Assembly (NCBI RefSeq): GCF_009914755.1
Contig: NC_060934.1
Direction: 5' to 3' (one strand)
Source of the DNA: the human T2T-CHM13v2.0 reference genome, Homo sapiens
DNA length: 64,000 nt
Shown here in pieces: positions 28,546-48,389 of the stretch (position 1 is its first letter; each line of letters opens with the position of its first letter). The notes below the pieces were generated by a model. It was not told the origin of the DNA. It searched no databases and saw only the letters and a list, made by a program, of their open reading frames with translations. The translations under genes and the position numbers were made by a program.

Positions 28546-30489
28546 AGAGTGAAAAATAAATAAATATATTTGAGTGGTTTTCTTATTTTCAAGTTACTGA
28601 CAGAAAATCTGAAAAATTATCTGCCACCTAGTTGTCCAATTCACACAGGACAGCTATAAGAGAGTAGTGACAACCAAGAAATCATAATCATCAAGTCCTA
28701 CAGTGATACCTAGACAAACGTATTCATACACCACCTTGACTCAACTTATATGCAACACACTGAAACCAACTGCAAATGCTTCACTTACCGCACAACCAGA
28801 CAAGACTCTTGGTTTTACCTAGATTATGTACACTCTTAACTAGCAAACTCTCACTAGACCAACATCCACAGAGGTCAGCTACAGTTATTCTGTGCATTCC
28901 TTCCATCTCTAAACTCTAAATAAATAAACAGCAAACCATTACCAGTTCTCAAGTTTTACGTGAGAATTGGCTGATATAGGTAAGCTGCTAATATATAAAA
29001 TAGCTGGAATCGATATTGTTGGCTTTTTACTAAGAATATTTAAAATTGCAGGACCTCAAAGTTGCACATAATTTTATCTGCATTTAAGCTTCAAAAATCT
29101 ATATATGCAAAAGAAAATGTAGATGTAGCCGTTCAAATGGGTCAACCTGAATTTAATGTTTTATAACAGCATACTCTTTTTTAATCTCTAGAAAAACATC
29201 AAAACTTCTCTTTATTCTCAAAGAAAACAAGCCTACAAAGCAGAAAATGACCATTTAGTAAAGAAGTCATCTTTGGTTCTTAAATGTTAAGCATGCTACA
29301 ACTTTCTATACATGTTTGAGCCAACTAGGAGATACTTCCAAGGGGTTTCAGAGATCGCTGTGATTACCAAATAGGAAAAACACGCTTGGAAGCAGAAGTG
29401 AAAGACTCCAGGGAGCAAGAACAGGTAAACAGGTGACAAAGAAATTCTGGTTTCCAGGTATGAGAAAATTAATCTCTTGTGGCCCTTGCAGGTAAGGTAG
29501 ATGGATGATTCAAGAAGCCACGCAAATGATCTCACAGATGGTGATGCCTAACCAGACAGTAATCTGCAACAGGTTTATTTTAAAGATGCATATTCATCTC
29601 TTCATGAAAACATACTTCTATAAAAAAGCTAGAAATGGTCTAAAAGACAGTAACTAGAATGCTGAGAGACCCAACTAATAATACGTGATTATAAGGGATT
29701 TTTATCCTGCAGAATAAGACTGGCAGTTCCTGGAAGCAAAAAGTAAAAGTGTCAGTAAGAGAAAGCTACAGACAGTTTGGTCTTATACTGTATCTCAAAT
29801 CTCTGGTAGCCCAAAAAAAAAAGCACAAAACAACCGCCTTTCGAAGTAGTGGGTTAGCATCAGGGCTGATGCCCTAATGGTGCCCTAAAAACAAACTGGC
29901 CATGATAATACAGAGTAGGTTCAAGCATTAAACTGGGAGTTTGCCCACATGGCTCTGGAGATACTGCAATGTTAAAATTCAAGAGGTTTTCTCCAAGTTC
30001 CTTATATTAGGTTTTTATTATTTAAAAGGGAAGAATTTATCTAATAGAGAAAAGAGAATAATTTTTAAGTAGTAAAAGTGTGGTGATTCTGTCTAAAGAT
30101 ATTGTTATCACTTGAACATTGTGAGGTCATTTTTTCAAAAGATGTTAGGTACAAATGAATACAGTATGATCTATCAATACTCATGTGTTTTTAGAGCAAA
30201 TACGAAATTGTGTTTACTGACCATCATCCTGATGCTGCATGGTAAAATCCTCCTTTTGACCTCAGTAGCAGGACAACAGGGCCAAAACTAGGACTGTTTA
30301 TAAATATATAAAATACCACTTTTATTTTCTGTGTAGCTTACTTTAAATATAAGTTGATCATTGAATTACCTTCTTACTTATCACCTTTCAGGAATCCTGG
30401 GATACAGATCATTTCTTTCAGGATCCCTTTATCAAGGAGGACAGGGCAGAAAATTGAAAAATGTATTTTTTGGACAATCTTGCAATTTG

Positions 30490-31113
30490 GGTTCCAGACA
30501 TGTAGAAGAATTCCAGATAATTCATGTAAAGACTCCACCTTCAAGGAGGGGGAGCACAACTCCCCATTCTTTAAAGTGGGCTATGCCTAGTGACTTCCTT
30601 CCAAAGAATGAAGTACAAAAGGGGAGAAAAAGAGTAACTTTATAGTGGAGAGACCTGATAGTCACTATATCAGCCAGGTGGTCAAGAAAATCAGTCATAA
30701 ATCATGTTGATAGTATACTCGATCTGTTGTGATGAACTGGTACATTGTATCTGTGGACTTCCATCCCAAAACCTATAACCCTAGTCTAGTCATGAGAAAA
30801 ATATCAGACAATTCCCATAGAAGGACATTCCACAAAATACCTGATCAGTATTCTTCAAAACTGTCAAGGTAATCTAAAACAAGGGAAGTCTGAGAAACTG
30901 TCATAGCCAAGAGGAGCCTAAGGAGATACAACAACAAAATGTAATATGCTACATCCTAGAGATGAGATCCTGGAACACAAAAAGGACATTAGTTAAAAAG
31001 TAGGGAAATCTGAATAAAGCATGGACTTTAAAACTATAATGTATTCATATTAGTTCACTAACTATGATGAATGCAGCACACTATTTTAAGATGTTAATAA
31101 TATGAGAAACTGG
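30490..31113 (+). mobile_element. L1MC/MD 3' UTR, split by an L1PB insertion (continues at about 35409-35495)
   Basis: Sequence runs on across the TSD of the nested element. Confidence 0.7.
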
Positions 31114-34100
31114 AAGCTTGGTTCAAGATGGCTAACTAGATGCAGCTAGTACATGCCTCTTCCATGGAAAGCTCCAAAACGGCGAGCAGATATTCACCCT
31201 TCAAATAGGTCATCTAAAACAGAACACTGGAATTCAACTGAAAAGCAACAGGAATCACTGATCACAAAGGAGAAGGAAGCAAGGCACGTGCTCAGCCAGG
31301 ATTGCTGAGAGATGAAAGAAGCTTCTAGATGCTGGGAAAGGGTAGATGAGAGACTCCCAGGGCTCCACATTCCCACCATGGACTTTTGCAACGCTAGCTG
31401 TGGGAGACCCCCTTGACCCTCGCAGGTCTCCAGCCTAATAGAGTGAGTTGCCTGGAGATTGACAGAGGCATTGCTCAAACTCACATGGGAGTACACAGGC
31501 TTCCGAGCCCTGAGCAGCTGCTGCTACCAGCCAACAAGCCAGGCTGAAGAGAGGAGGCCAAGCACTTTTACACAACCACTGTGCTTCTTGTACAGTCTGC
31601 AGAATAGTGAGCCAAATAAAATCTCTTATTTATAAATTACCCAGCCTTGGGCATTCCTTTATAGCACAAGAGGGGACTTCAACACCCCACTGACAGCACT
31701 AGACAGATCACTGAGACAGAAAAAAAAAGAAAAAAAAAACCCCACTGGATTTAAATTGGACTGTAGAACAAATAGACCTAACAGATGTTTATATAACAAG
31801 CTACCCAACAATCACAGAATATACATTCTTCTTATTAGCATGTGGAACATTTTCCAAGACAGACCTTATCTTAAGGAATGAAGCAAGTCTCAATAAATTT
31901 TTAAAAAACTGAAATCATTTCAAGTTGTCTTCTCAGACTACAGTGGAAAAAACCTAAAGTCAATTCCAAGAAGGACTCTCAAATCTATACAAATACATGG
32001 AAATTAACCTGCTCTTGAATGATTTTTGGGTCAGTGATGAAATTAAGATGGAAGTTTAAAAATTTTTTAAACAAAAGTAGAGACACAACATACCAAAACC
32101 TCTGGAATACAGCAAAAGCTTATAGTGTTGACTGTAAATGGATTCAAGAAAGAAAAGTTTATAGCGTTAAATGCCTAAATCGAAAAAAATAGAAAGACCA
32201 CAAGTTAACCTGACATAGTACCTCAAGGAACCAGAAAAACAAGAACAAACCAAACCCAGAAGAAAAGAAATGATGAAGAGCAGAACTAAATGAAATCCAG
32301 ATCATAAAAACCCAAAAGATAAAGAAACAAAAAGTTGCTTCACTGAAAAGATAAACAAAATTGACAGCCTACTAGCTACATTAACCAAGAAGAAAGAAAA
32401 TTCAAATAAGCACAATCAGAAATGAAAAAGACACTACAAATGATACCACAGAAATACAAAAGATCATCAGAGTCTACCATGAACATCTCTACACTAACGA
32501 ACTAGAAAACCTAGATGAAACAGGTAAATTCCTAAAGACACACAACCTCTCAAGAATGAACTAAGAAAGAGAAAGCCTGAAGAGACCAATAACCAGTAAG
32601 ACTTAACCAGTAATAAAAATAAAAAAAAATCTCCCAACAACAAAAAACCCCAGAAGCAGATGAATTCACAGCCAAATTCTACCAGACATAGAAGAATAGG
32701 TACCAATCCTATTGACAACACTGTTCCCCCAAATTGAAGAAAATCCTCTCTAACTGAAGCCAGTATCACCCTAACACCAAATCCAAGCAAGGACACACAA
32801 AAACAGAAACAGAATCAATCAGTACCCCTAATGAACACAGATGCAAAAACGCTCAAGAAAATACTAGCAAACCAAATCCAACAGCACATCAAAAAACATG
32901 GTACACCACAATCAAGTGGGTTATATTCCAGGGATACAAGTAGGGTTTAACATACAAAAATCAATAAATGTGATCTGCCACATAAACAGGATTAAAAACA
33001 AAAACCATATTATCTCGATAGATACAGAAAAAGCATTTGATAAAATTCAGCATTCTTTCATGATAAAAACCACTCAACAACTTGGTGTAGTAGGAACATA
33101 CCTCAAAATAATAAAACCCATATACAAGAATCCCACAGCCAACATCATACTGAATGGGGAAAGGTTGAAAGCATTCCCCTTAAGAAATGGAAGAAGACAA
33201 GGATCCCCACTCTTACCACTCCTACTCAACACAGTACTAAAAGTCCTATCGGGCCAGAGCAGTAATGCAATAGAAAGAAAGAAAAGACATCTAAATTGTA
33301 AAAGAGGAAGTTAAACTATCTCTGTTTGCTGATATAATTTTATACCTGGAAAACCCTAAGACTCCTCCAAAACACTCGTAAATTTGATAAATTAATTCAG
33401 TAGAGTTTCAGGATACAAAATCGACCTACAAAATCAGTAGTATTTCTTTTGTTTAGTTGGGGTTTGTTTCTTTGTTTGTTTTTGAAACGGTCTCACTCTG
33501 TTACCCAGGCTGGAGCACAGTGGCGCAGTCATAGCTTAGCGCAGCCTCGACCTCCTGGGCTCAAGTGATCCTCCCACCTCAGCATCCCAAGTCGCTGGGA
33601 CTTACAGGCACGTGCCACCACACCCAGCTAATTTTTGTATTTTTTGTTGTGAGGAGGAATCAGTAGCATTTCTATACAACAATGATATAATCAAGCTGAG
33701 AACCAAATCAAGAACCAAACCAAGAAGTCAATCCCATTTACAATAGCTACAAAAAAATAATAAAATACTCAGAAATACACTCAACCAAGGATGTGAAAGA
33801 TCTCTACAAGAAAAACTACAAAACGCTGACGAAAGAAATCACATATGACACAAACATGATCATGGGTTAGAAGAATCAGTATCATTAAAATGACCATACT
33901 ACTCAAAGAAATCTGCAGATGCAATTCCTATAAAAATACTAACATTGTTTTTCACAATATTAGAAAAAACAATCCTAAAATACCCAAGGAACCAGAAAAG
34001 AGCCTGAATGGCCAAAGCAATGGTAAGCAAAAAGAACAATACTTGAGGCATCAAATTACTTGACTTCAAATTGTACTATAAGGCTATAATAACCAAAACT

Positions 34101-35390
34101 ATTATAAAAAGAGACACACAGGTCAATGAAACAGCTTACAGAACCCAAATTAAAGACACATGCCTACAGGCAAATGATCTTCTTCAAAGTCAACAAAAAC
34201 ATACACTAGTGGAAGAACACCCTATTCTATACATGATACTTGGGAGAATTGGGTAACCATATACAGTAGAATGACACTGGACCCGTATCTCTCACCATAT
34301 ACAAAAATCAACTTAAGATGGATTAAAGACCTGAAAGTATAAAGACCTGAAAGATCTGAAACTATAAAGATTCTAGAAGAAAACCTAGGAAAAACTCTTC
34401 TGGACATTGGCCTAAGGCAAAGAATTCATGCCTAGGACCTCAAAAGGAAAGCTACAAAAATGAAAATAGACAAATGGGACTTAATTAAAATAAAAAGCTT
34501 CTACACAGCAAATAAATAATCAACAGAGAAAACAGACAATCTACAGAACAGGAGAAAATATCTGCAGACTATGCATCTTACAAAAAGCTAATTTGTAGAC
34601 TCTACAAAGAACTCAACAAGAAAAAAATAACCTTTTTAAAAAATGGGCAAAGGGCATGAACACATATTTTGCAAAAGATGACATACAAATGGCCAAGAAA
34701 CATTTAAAAAGTTAGAAATGCAAATAAAAGCGATGAAATACCATTTCACACCAGTCAGAATGGCTATTACTCAGGTGTCAAAAAAATCAATAACAGATGT
34801 TGGCAAGGATGCAGATAAAAGGGAATGCTCACAGACTGTTGTTGGGAGTGTAAACTAGTACAGCTGCTATGGAAAACAATATGGAGACTTCTCAAAGAAC
34901 TAATAGAAATACCATTTGATCCAGTGATCCCACTACTGGGGATCTACGCAAAGGGAAAGAAATCATTATATCAAAAAGATACCTGTACTCAAATATTTAT
35001 TGCAGGACTACTCACAATAGCAAAGACATAAAATCAATCTAAGTGCCCATCAACGGATGATTGGATAAAGTAATCCACATCATGGAATACTACTCAGCTA
35101 TAAAAAAAGAATGAATTCATGTTTTTTTGTAGCAACATGGATAGAACTGGAGGTAACTATCTTAAGTGAAATAACTCAGAAAGAGCAAGTCAAATATCAC
35201 ATATTCTCACTTACAGGTGGGAGCTGAAAAATATGTACACAGGGGCATAGAGAGTGGAATAATAACATTGGAGACTCAGAAAGGTGGGAGGATGGGAGTG
35301 GGTGAGGGATGAGAAATTACCTCATGGGTGCTTATGTGCACTATTCAGGTGGTGTAACAACACTGCACTTGTACTAAATCTATAAATAAT
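31114..35390 (+). mobile_element. L1PB-type element with 5' UTR start and 3' end but a large internal deletion; contains an MST LTR remnant (about 31575-31668) and a minus-strand AluJ arm (about 33448-33655)
   Basis: TSD AA(T/C)AATATGAGAAACTGG at 31096-31113 and 35391-35408; RT remnant [10 protein letters not shown]...[14 protein letters not shown] (32898-33314). Confidence 0.88.
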
Positions 35391-35503
35391 AACAATATGA
35401 GAAACTGGGTGTCAGGTATATGAAAATACTCCATCCTAGCTTAACAATTTTTCTGTAAATCTAAAACTAGTCTGAAATAAACTTTTACTTAAAAATGAAA
35501 CTG

Positions 35504-35815
35504 GGCCAGGTGCAGTGGCTCACACTTGCAGTCCCAGCAATTTGGGAGGCCAAGATGGGAGGATTGCTTAAGCCCAGGAGTTTGAGACCAGCCTGGGCAA
35601 TAGCAAGACCCCGACTCTACAAAATGAAAGAAAAACTTATCCAGGCATGGTCTATAGTGCCAACTACTTGGGAGGTTGAGGCAGGAGGATCATTTGAGCC
35701 CAGGAGTTCGTGGCTGCGGTATGCTGTGATCACGCCACTGTATGCTAGCCTGGGCAACAGAGCAAGATCTGTACTCAAAAATAAGTAAAAAATAATAACA
35801 AAAATGAAAATAAAA
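35504..35815 (+). mobile_element. AluJ
   Basis: Diverged full dimer. Confidence 0.9.
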
Positions 35816-37384
35816 CTGACCGAAGTGAGGGAGAAAAGCAAACTCAGAATAGTCACACATGCCAACAATGACAGAAAAGAGGACTAAAACTGTCATTATA
35901 GCTGTTATTTCATATACTAAAAAAGTTGCATAGAGACATGGAAGATATAAAAAAGATCCAAAACAAATGTCTAGTGATAAAACATGTCTGAGATGAAAAA
36001 CACACTAGACGGAATTACTGGCAGATTAGATATTGAAAAAGAAAATATTAATGAAATTATAAACAAAGTAATTGGAATATCCAAAATAAAATGCAGAAAG
36101 AAAAAATAACCTTAAAAAATTAAAAGTGCAGCAGTGGACAACTTTAAGCCAGTCAATGTGTATACTGGAGTCCCCAAAGAAAGAATGGGGGGACAGAAAA
36201 AGTATCTGAAGAATAGCCAAAAAGCTCCAAATTCTATGAAAATTGTAAACCCACTGATCCACAAGCACAACTTCAGAATACAAGAAACAAATAAAAAATA
36301 TTTTTTAAATAAAGCTGAAAGAAGTCATTGTCAGCCAACTCACATTATAAGAAATGCTAAAGTCCTTTAGACAAAAGAAAAATGATAGATGGAAATACAC
36401 CAGAAATGGTAATTATCTGAGTAAACAGATCTTTATTATTATTTAAAAGAAAAGTATTTAAAGAGAAAGTATTTTTTTAAATATATTCTAGGGTTTAAAA
36501 TTTATTAAAAGACAATAATGAAAAGGCCAGAAGGAAAGAAATGAAAGTATACTATTGTAAGGTTCTCATACTGTATTTGAAATAAAAGATCATCTCCACA
36601 GTGACATGACCCATATCACTGAAACTGAATTCATATTCACTCATTCATTCATTCATCAACTGTATTGAGTACTGTATAAAAGTCATTAACCCTCTGTAGA
36701 AGTTATGGGCTTCAGCGAGGGTGTGTTAACAGATTAGACTAAGCAAACAGGTGGATTATTTGAGTCTAGGTAAAATGCAAGGGTTCACTCTTCTTATGGG
36801 ACTCAGTAGGAATAATATCTCCCAAGCACAGGAGGATCAGAAATCATAGCAAAAGATTTTGGGTTGAACCTGTGCCAGGAAAAACTGCATAAATAAAAAT
36901 GGGCTCCACTGGACAAAAATTTACCTTTCAAATCAAACCTGATACCACAATTGAGACCCTAGAAACACAACCACTATTTTCATCCTGTGCCATTGCTGCT
37001 GAAGCTCTCACGGGGCCCTGCAAGTTCCTGGTTCAACTGCTCTTCCACTACTGCCACCTCATCTGGGCTCCACGACACCCTGAACTGTCAGGCTGCCACT
37101 GGGTGTTCAAACCATCCCCACACTAAGGTAAGACAGAATGGTTTCTCTTTCTTCCCAATACCAATAAAAATCCCCATTCTACAAATAATTGATTAATGCT
37201 ATTTATTTAGACCTTAAAAATCCCATCAAATAGATAAATTCAATAAGGCTTTATTAAATAACCACCTACAGTAAACCTGCAGTGAGGGTGTATATCAAAA
37301 AGAATCTCCCTTCCTGGCCTAACTGTTGGACATTTTCCTTTTTCTATTCCAAACAAGTTTGTATAGCTTCCCCATGTACACACT

Positions 37385-37755
37385 ATTATGGACTAAATGT
37401 TTATGTTTCCCACAAAACTTTTATGCCAGAACTCTAATCCATAATGTAATGGTATTTGGAGGTGGGGCCTTGGGGAGACAATTAGGTCCTAGGGGTGGAA
37501 CCCTCTCCATGGGATCAGTCCTTCTATATGAACAGCCACATGACAGCTTGCTTCCTTCCTCCCTCCATGCCATGTGAGGACACAGCAAGAAGGCAGCTGT
37601 TTATAAGTCAGGAAGTAAGACCTCACCAGAATCCAACCATGCTGGCACCCTGATCTCAGATTTCCAGCCTCCAGAACTGTGAGAAATAAATGCTTGTTAT
37701 TTAAACCACCCAGGCTATGGCATTTTGTTACAGCAGCTAGGGCAGACTAAGACAC
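37385..37755 (+). mobile_element. MLT1A-like solo LTR
   Basis: ATGGACTAAATGTT...CCTCCAGAACTGTGAGAAATAAAT...GACTAAGACA. Confidence 0.88.
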
Positions 37756-38113
37756 ATATTAAGAAATTCCAGCCATCTGGTGTCCAAATTTCACACTACG
37801 ATGAATAGGAAACTAGCAGCATCATGTTCTGAGAATCCAAAGAACTTAGTCACAGTGATTAACCAAAAATAATCAGGTAGATTTAACCAATGAAGATAAG
37901 TCATTTATAACCATTTATAAACAGTAGTTTACACCAAAATCTGAAAACCTAGAAATCTACAAAAAGACAATTCCTTCTGAGTACAACTATTTGTGTGCTT
38001 GTCAGTATATTATCAGAGAAAACCTGACCTTTAGAGTTTAAGCACTGTTCTAGGTCATCTTTAATAAAAATTTAATAAAAATAATGAAACTAAAAAAGAT
38101 ACTCTCCCAGTAC

Positions 38114-38215
38114 CTGTTCTTCCCTCTCCTTTTCTTTGGTCTTACTTCTGTAGACTCTAGCAGAGATGGCATCCTGGGATGGAATGGCAGAGATCTGATG
38201 CAGTGGCATGCTCAT
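38114..38215 (-). CDS. MARCHF8: MARCHF8 first canonical coding segment, residues 1-34 ([34 protein letters not shown])
   Basis: Translation recognised as the human MARCH8 N-terminus; donor CAG|GTACTG at 38113, phase 0; downstream exons lie left of the window. Confidence 0.96.
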
Positions 38216-38293
38216 CCCAACCTCTTATCTGGTCGTCTTCTTCACAGAAGAGAGTCTCCACTGGTAGAGTCATTTTGGGCCATGGATTTCAAG
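38216..38293 (-). other. MARCHF8: 5' UTR part (78 nt) of the MARCHF8 ATG exon
   Basis: Acceptor TCTCTTCATTTTCTCTCAG|CTTGAA; whole exon 38114-38293 is 180 nt. Confidence 0.9.
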
Positions 38294-38780
38294 CTGAGAG
38301 AAAATGAAGAGAGAATAAACATAACTCAGCTAAAACACTTTAAATTTCCAAGAGTGAGCTTAACATTTTATACTTATATTCATATGTATATTTAAATAAG
38401 TTACGGCAACATAAATGTTTGGTCTTCAAAAACAATAGAAGATGAATGTCTAAGGGGAAAATTCTAACATTTCTCATAATAAGATGGGAGCACCTGAAAG
38501 AGGCAGGTGGATCACGTACATGTATAATCAGAGATATAATCTTCCATTGGCTACTTAGGATTAAAACAAAGCAGTGCCACCATTTATTTTAAGAATATTT
38601 TTGAAGTTAAACTTTTTTTTTTATCATGACCAAGCATTTGTCCTGAAATAAGCAGTGATCTTTCCTTAAAACCACTGTCTGTGAGTCCACATAATGGTGA
38701 GATCAGAGGTTAGGAAGTCCAAATTAAACTCAAGGTATCTATGATCCATACTTAACCTTCCAAAAGTAGAGACTCTACAC

Positions 38781-39319
38781 GAGCTGTTGGCAAACTATTC
38801 CTATAAAGGGCAAGATACATATTTTAGGCACTGTGGTCCAAGTGTGTTCCAGCTAATTAACTCTGCCACTGTAGCATGAAAGCACCCATAGAGAGCATGT
38901 AAATGGGCCGGGTGCGGTGGCTCATGCCTGTAATCCCAGCACTTTGGGAGGCCAAGGCGGGCAAATCACGAGGTCAGGAGATCGAGACCACCCTGGCTAA
39001 CACGGTGAAACCCTGTCTCTACTAAAAATACAAAAAATTAGCCAGGCATGGTGGCGGGCGCCTGTAGTCGCAGCTACTCAGGAGGCTGAGGCAGGAGAAT
39101 GGCACAAACCCAGGAGGCGGAGCTCGCAGTGAGCCAAGATCGCACCACTGCACTCCAGCCTGGGTAACACAGCGAGACTCCAACCCTCCAACCTCCCCCC
39201 CACCAAAAAAAAAAGAGTATGTACATGAATGAGCATAGTTATGTTCCAATAAAACTTTATTTACAAAAATAGGCAGCAGGCTAGATTTGGCCCACCAGAC
39301 TATAGTTTGCCAAACACTG
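38781..39319. mobile_element. MER58A-like MITE interrupted by an AluY/Sc (38906-39213, +)
   Basis: TIR remnants GTTGGCAAACTA / TAGTTTGCCAA; nested Alu has a C-rich tail. Confidence 0.85.
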
Positions 39320-40214
39320 CCGTAAAGGGTTTCCTAGGGAATATGAAGGGTCACCATGACATGCCTAAGAACCATGAGAAAGGCTGCCTTTAGGTAAAAT
39401 AACAGTGTATGCATAAACTGTCTTCAGTGATTCCAGGTACTCCTGCCCTGTTTCTGGTTTTCTCTTACGCATCCCCCAAAATGTCTAATAATTGAATTGT
39501 GTGTTGTTCTTTCTCCCCACTTACCCACTGAGATCTATCCCACTCTGTATACAAAACCAATTAAACGTAAATTATCCAGAAGGTTTAATGTAGTAAAATG
39601 TTTCATGTTGTTCAAATTTTAACAGAAAATGGAAGCCTTCAACCAAAAGAATGAATCTCGAATTTGGAGATTTTCATTTATTAACCATGTGCTGGGGTAG
39701 GGGGTGGGGACAGGTGAGGCAGTAGGAAAAGGTAGGGTAAACAACAGGGCCTGACAACCCCAAGGTCACATTTGATAAGCAGTCACTTACTCTACCTCTC
39801 CCCAAACTCTACTCTGGATCAAAGGCAGGTGTTTGTAAGGCTGGTGCCAATTCTTAGTAGTGTCACTAAGCAAGCAGAGGAGCACCAGGAATCACGAAAT
39901 GGCTTCCTTCACACAACTCTAGAATCAATGAACAACAAAAAGGAACAAAAACTGGGAGGGATCAACACATAGAAGAAAATTAGCTAAAATAATAATCTGT
40001 TTATAAAGTCTAGTTTTACAGTAAGTGAGTGACCATTGATAATAACAACAAAAAAAGGAAAATAGAATAGGGGATGTTAGTGTCTAGGTATCACACACCA
40101 CCTACTCTATTTCAAGCCTTTGATGAGGCTGGCATAAGATGGAGCACTACTGTGCCCAAGAAACAGTCTGAATGTTTGTATTCAAGCACGTCACACAAAA
40201 CAAGAGGCACTTAC

Positions 40215-40375
40215 TGCGGAGCTGCCTTATACTCCCTGGGAGATCACAATAGTCAGTGGTAAGCAGTTTTTTCATCACTAATGCACTAACGTCCTCTATT
40301 ACAGATGACAAACTCCATGGGGCCTCTTGGAATACTTGGTCAAACTGACGATATCCACAGCCCTATACCTACCAT
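40215..40375 (-). other. MARCHF8: Probable non-coding alternative first exon of MARCHF8 (5' boundary uncertain)
   Basis: Consensus donor CCGCA|GTAAGT at 40214 in unique sequence 1.9 kb upstream of the ATG exon; no polypyrimidine acceptor upstream. Confidence 0.65.
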
Positions 40376-40919
40376 GCCAAAAGCTACCTGTGGTGCTTCT
40401 GATATAATCATCATTATTACATCATTGGTACATGCCCATGACAAGCCTGAGAAGGGCTATTTATGGCACAGAAACACAGATGCAAGAGGGTCTCAAATTT
40501 TTTACAGTTTTGAAGGACATCCCTCCTCACTGTCATTGAAGTTAGTCTTTTGATATGTACCACCACAACAAAGCAACAGACCTATAAGTTTGCCTGAAAC
40601 AATCTCCCTCCTATGCCACACATATTTAGGATAAAAATGAGTTTACAAACAAACGATAAAACAGGCCATGCCATTTTTTATGTGAAGATTTACATGAAAA
40701 ATACAAATCATATATTACATTATTTTCTTTGCATAATTTCCAAACATCTTTTATATCAACTAAATTAATCTTTACACAGAATAACAGTTAAACCTCAGCA
40801 CTATGCCTCACAATCCAGGCATGAGGGCTTCAATTTGACTAATGCTAACTTGCAAAATACAGCCCACCTAACATGAACATTCACATCTAGAAGAGATACT
40901 GCCAAAGCTGGTTGTTGAA

Positions 40920-42930
<2,011 letters not shown>

Positions 42931-43077
42931 ATAGTAAAAGGACTAAGATAGATAGAGAAAATTTTAATTTTTCCTTTGTGTTATCCCTAATCTAACTAAT
43001 CTAGATGACATGGAGATGGCTACTGTTGCCCTATCTCACTCACCCTTCCAGTTTTAAGAAGGCGATAGAAAGAGTAC

Positions 43078-46600
<3,523 letters not shown>

Positions 46601-47073
46601 TGCAAGTGAAAATATAAAGCAATTACTAACAACAACAAAAACTATAGAAGAAAGAAAATGTAATAATTTGGCTTTAAAATGAAACAAATTTCAACACGGA
46701 CAATGGTATAAACATTACAATCATATAAGCAACACAGATATAACCAAATTGGGAGGATGGGAAGAGGGAACGTTGGGTAAGAAAAGGAAGTCAACAGATA
46801 ATAGCTAATGTTTATGAACATATTATTTGAAAACATGGAAGCAACTCTCAGAAGATACATGCGGCTGCCTATGGGGAAGATTCTGTCCATTCCAACAACA
46901 AGGCTTTGGACTGTGCCAGAGCAAAGGACTACTGTTTTTCATTCTAGGACATTGGGTACACCAAGCTCCTAACCATAGTTCTAAAATTCAGAAAACTACC
47001 AAAATTAAAATTTTTTAAAAACCACTCTACCCTTTCTTTACTTATTTAACACTAAAACTTGATTGAACTCCTA

Positions 47074-47586
<513 letters not shown>

Positions 47587-48389
47587 CTAAAAACCTGAGA
47601 ATTTCTAAATTCTAAAATATTTCTGATCCAAGAGTTTTGAATAAGAGAGTATGGGCTTACAATTCATTTTTCAAAATGAAATGTATTACTTTTATTACAT
47701 GTATTTTAGTACACGTATTACTTTTATTTTTTAGATTTTGAAGGTATTCTGAAGAATTCAATGGAGAGAAAGTATAAAAAGAATAACAGGTATGAGACTC
47801 ATGTGACCTTAAACAGATCAACATCTAATGCCACACACTTTCCAAAAGTGGCATTATTCCTGGATCATTATTTAAGATAATAAATAAAGAGGTTACATTG
47901 TCTAATTAGAAATTTGAAAAAGAAGGCAAGAAAACTTCACTTGACTCCTCATTCATATCCCACTACTGTCCCATCTATCCTACTCTTCTAGGAAAAGGTG
48001 GTCTACACTCACATTCAACATTTCTTCACTTTCTATACACATTTCAACTAACTACAATCTGGCTTCAGTACAGTAAGGTCTACAATGCTCTCTATATTAA
48101 GCCTAAAAATTGTTTTGCAGCCCTCATGTTATTTGACTTGATACTTTTACTCTCTTCCTAGTCTTAAAATACTCTTTTCTTTGACTTAAATGACATAACA
48201 CCGTCCTAGTGTTCCTCCTGCTCCATCTCCACCTCTGCAGATCTATCCCCTATAGCATGACATTGTACACAGATATTCCTCAAAGTTCCATTTAACCCTC
48301 TCTGATTCTCATTCTGTGCTCCCTTTTCCTGGGTGATTTAATCCATAACTTTGGCTTGAATGCCCACCTTTGCAGATGTTATTTAAAAA

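Noticed and set aside
38084-38395. 103-aa plus-strand ORF over the MARCHF8 exon
   Set aside because: Antisense shadow of the real exon, with no recognisable protein features or independent support
39693-39720. G-rich run as a G-quadruplex
   Set aside because: Only three long G-tracts plus GG, so support is weak
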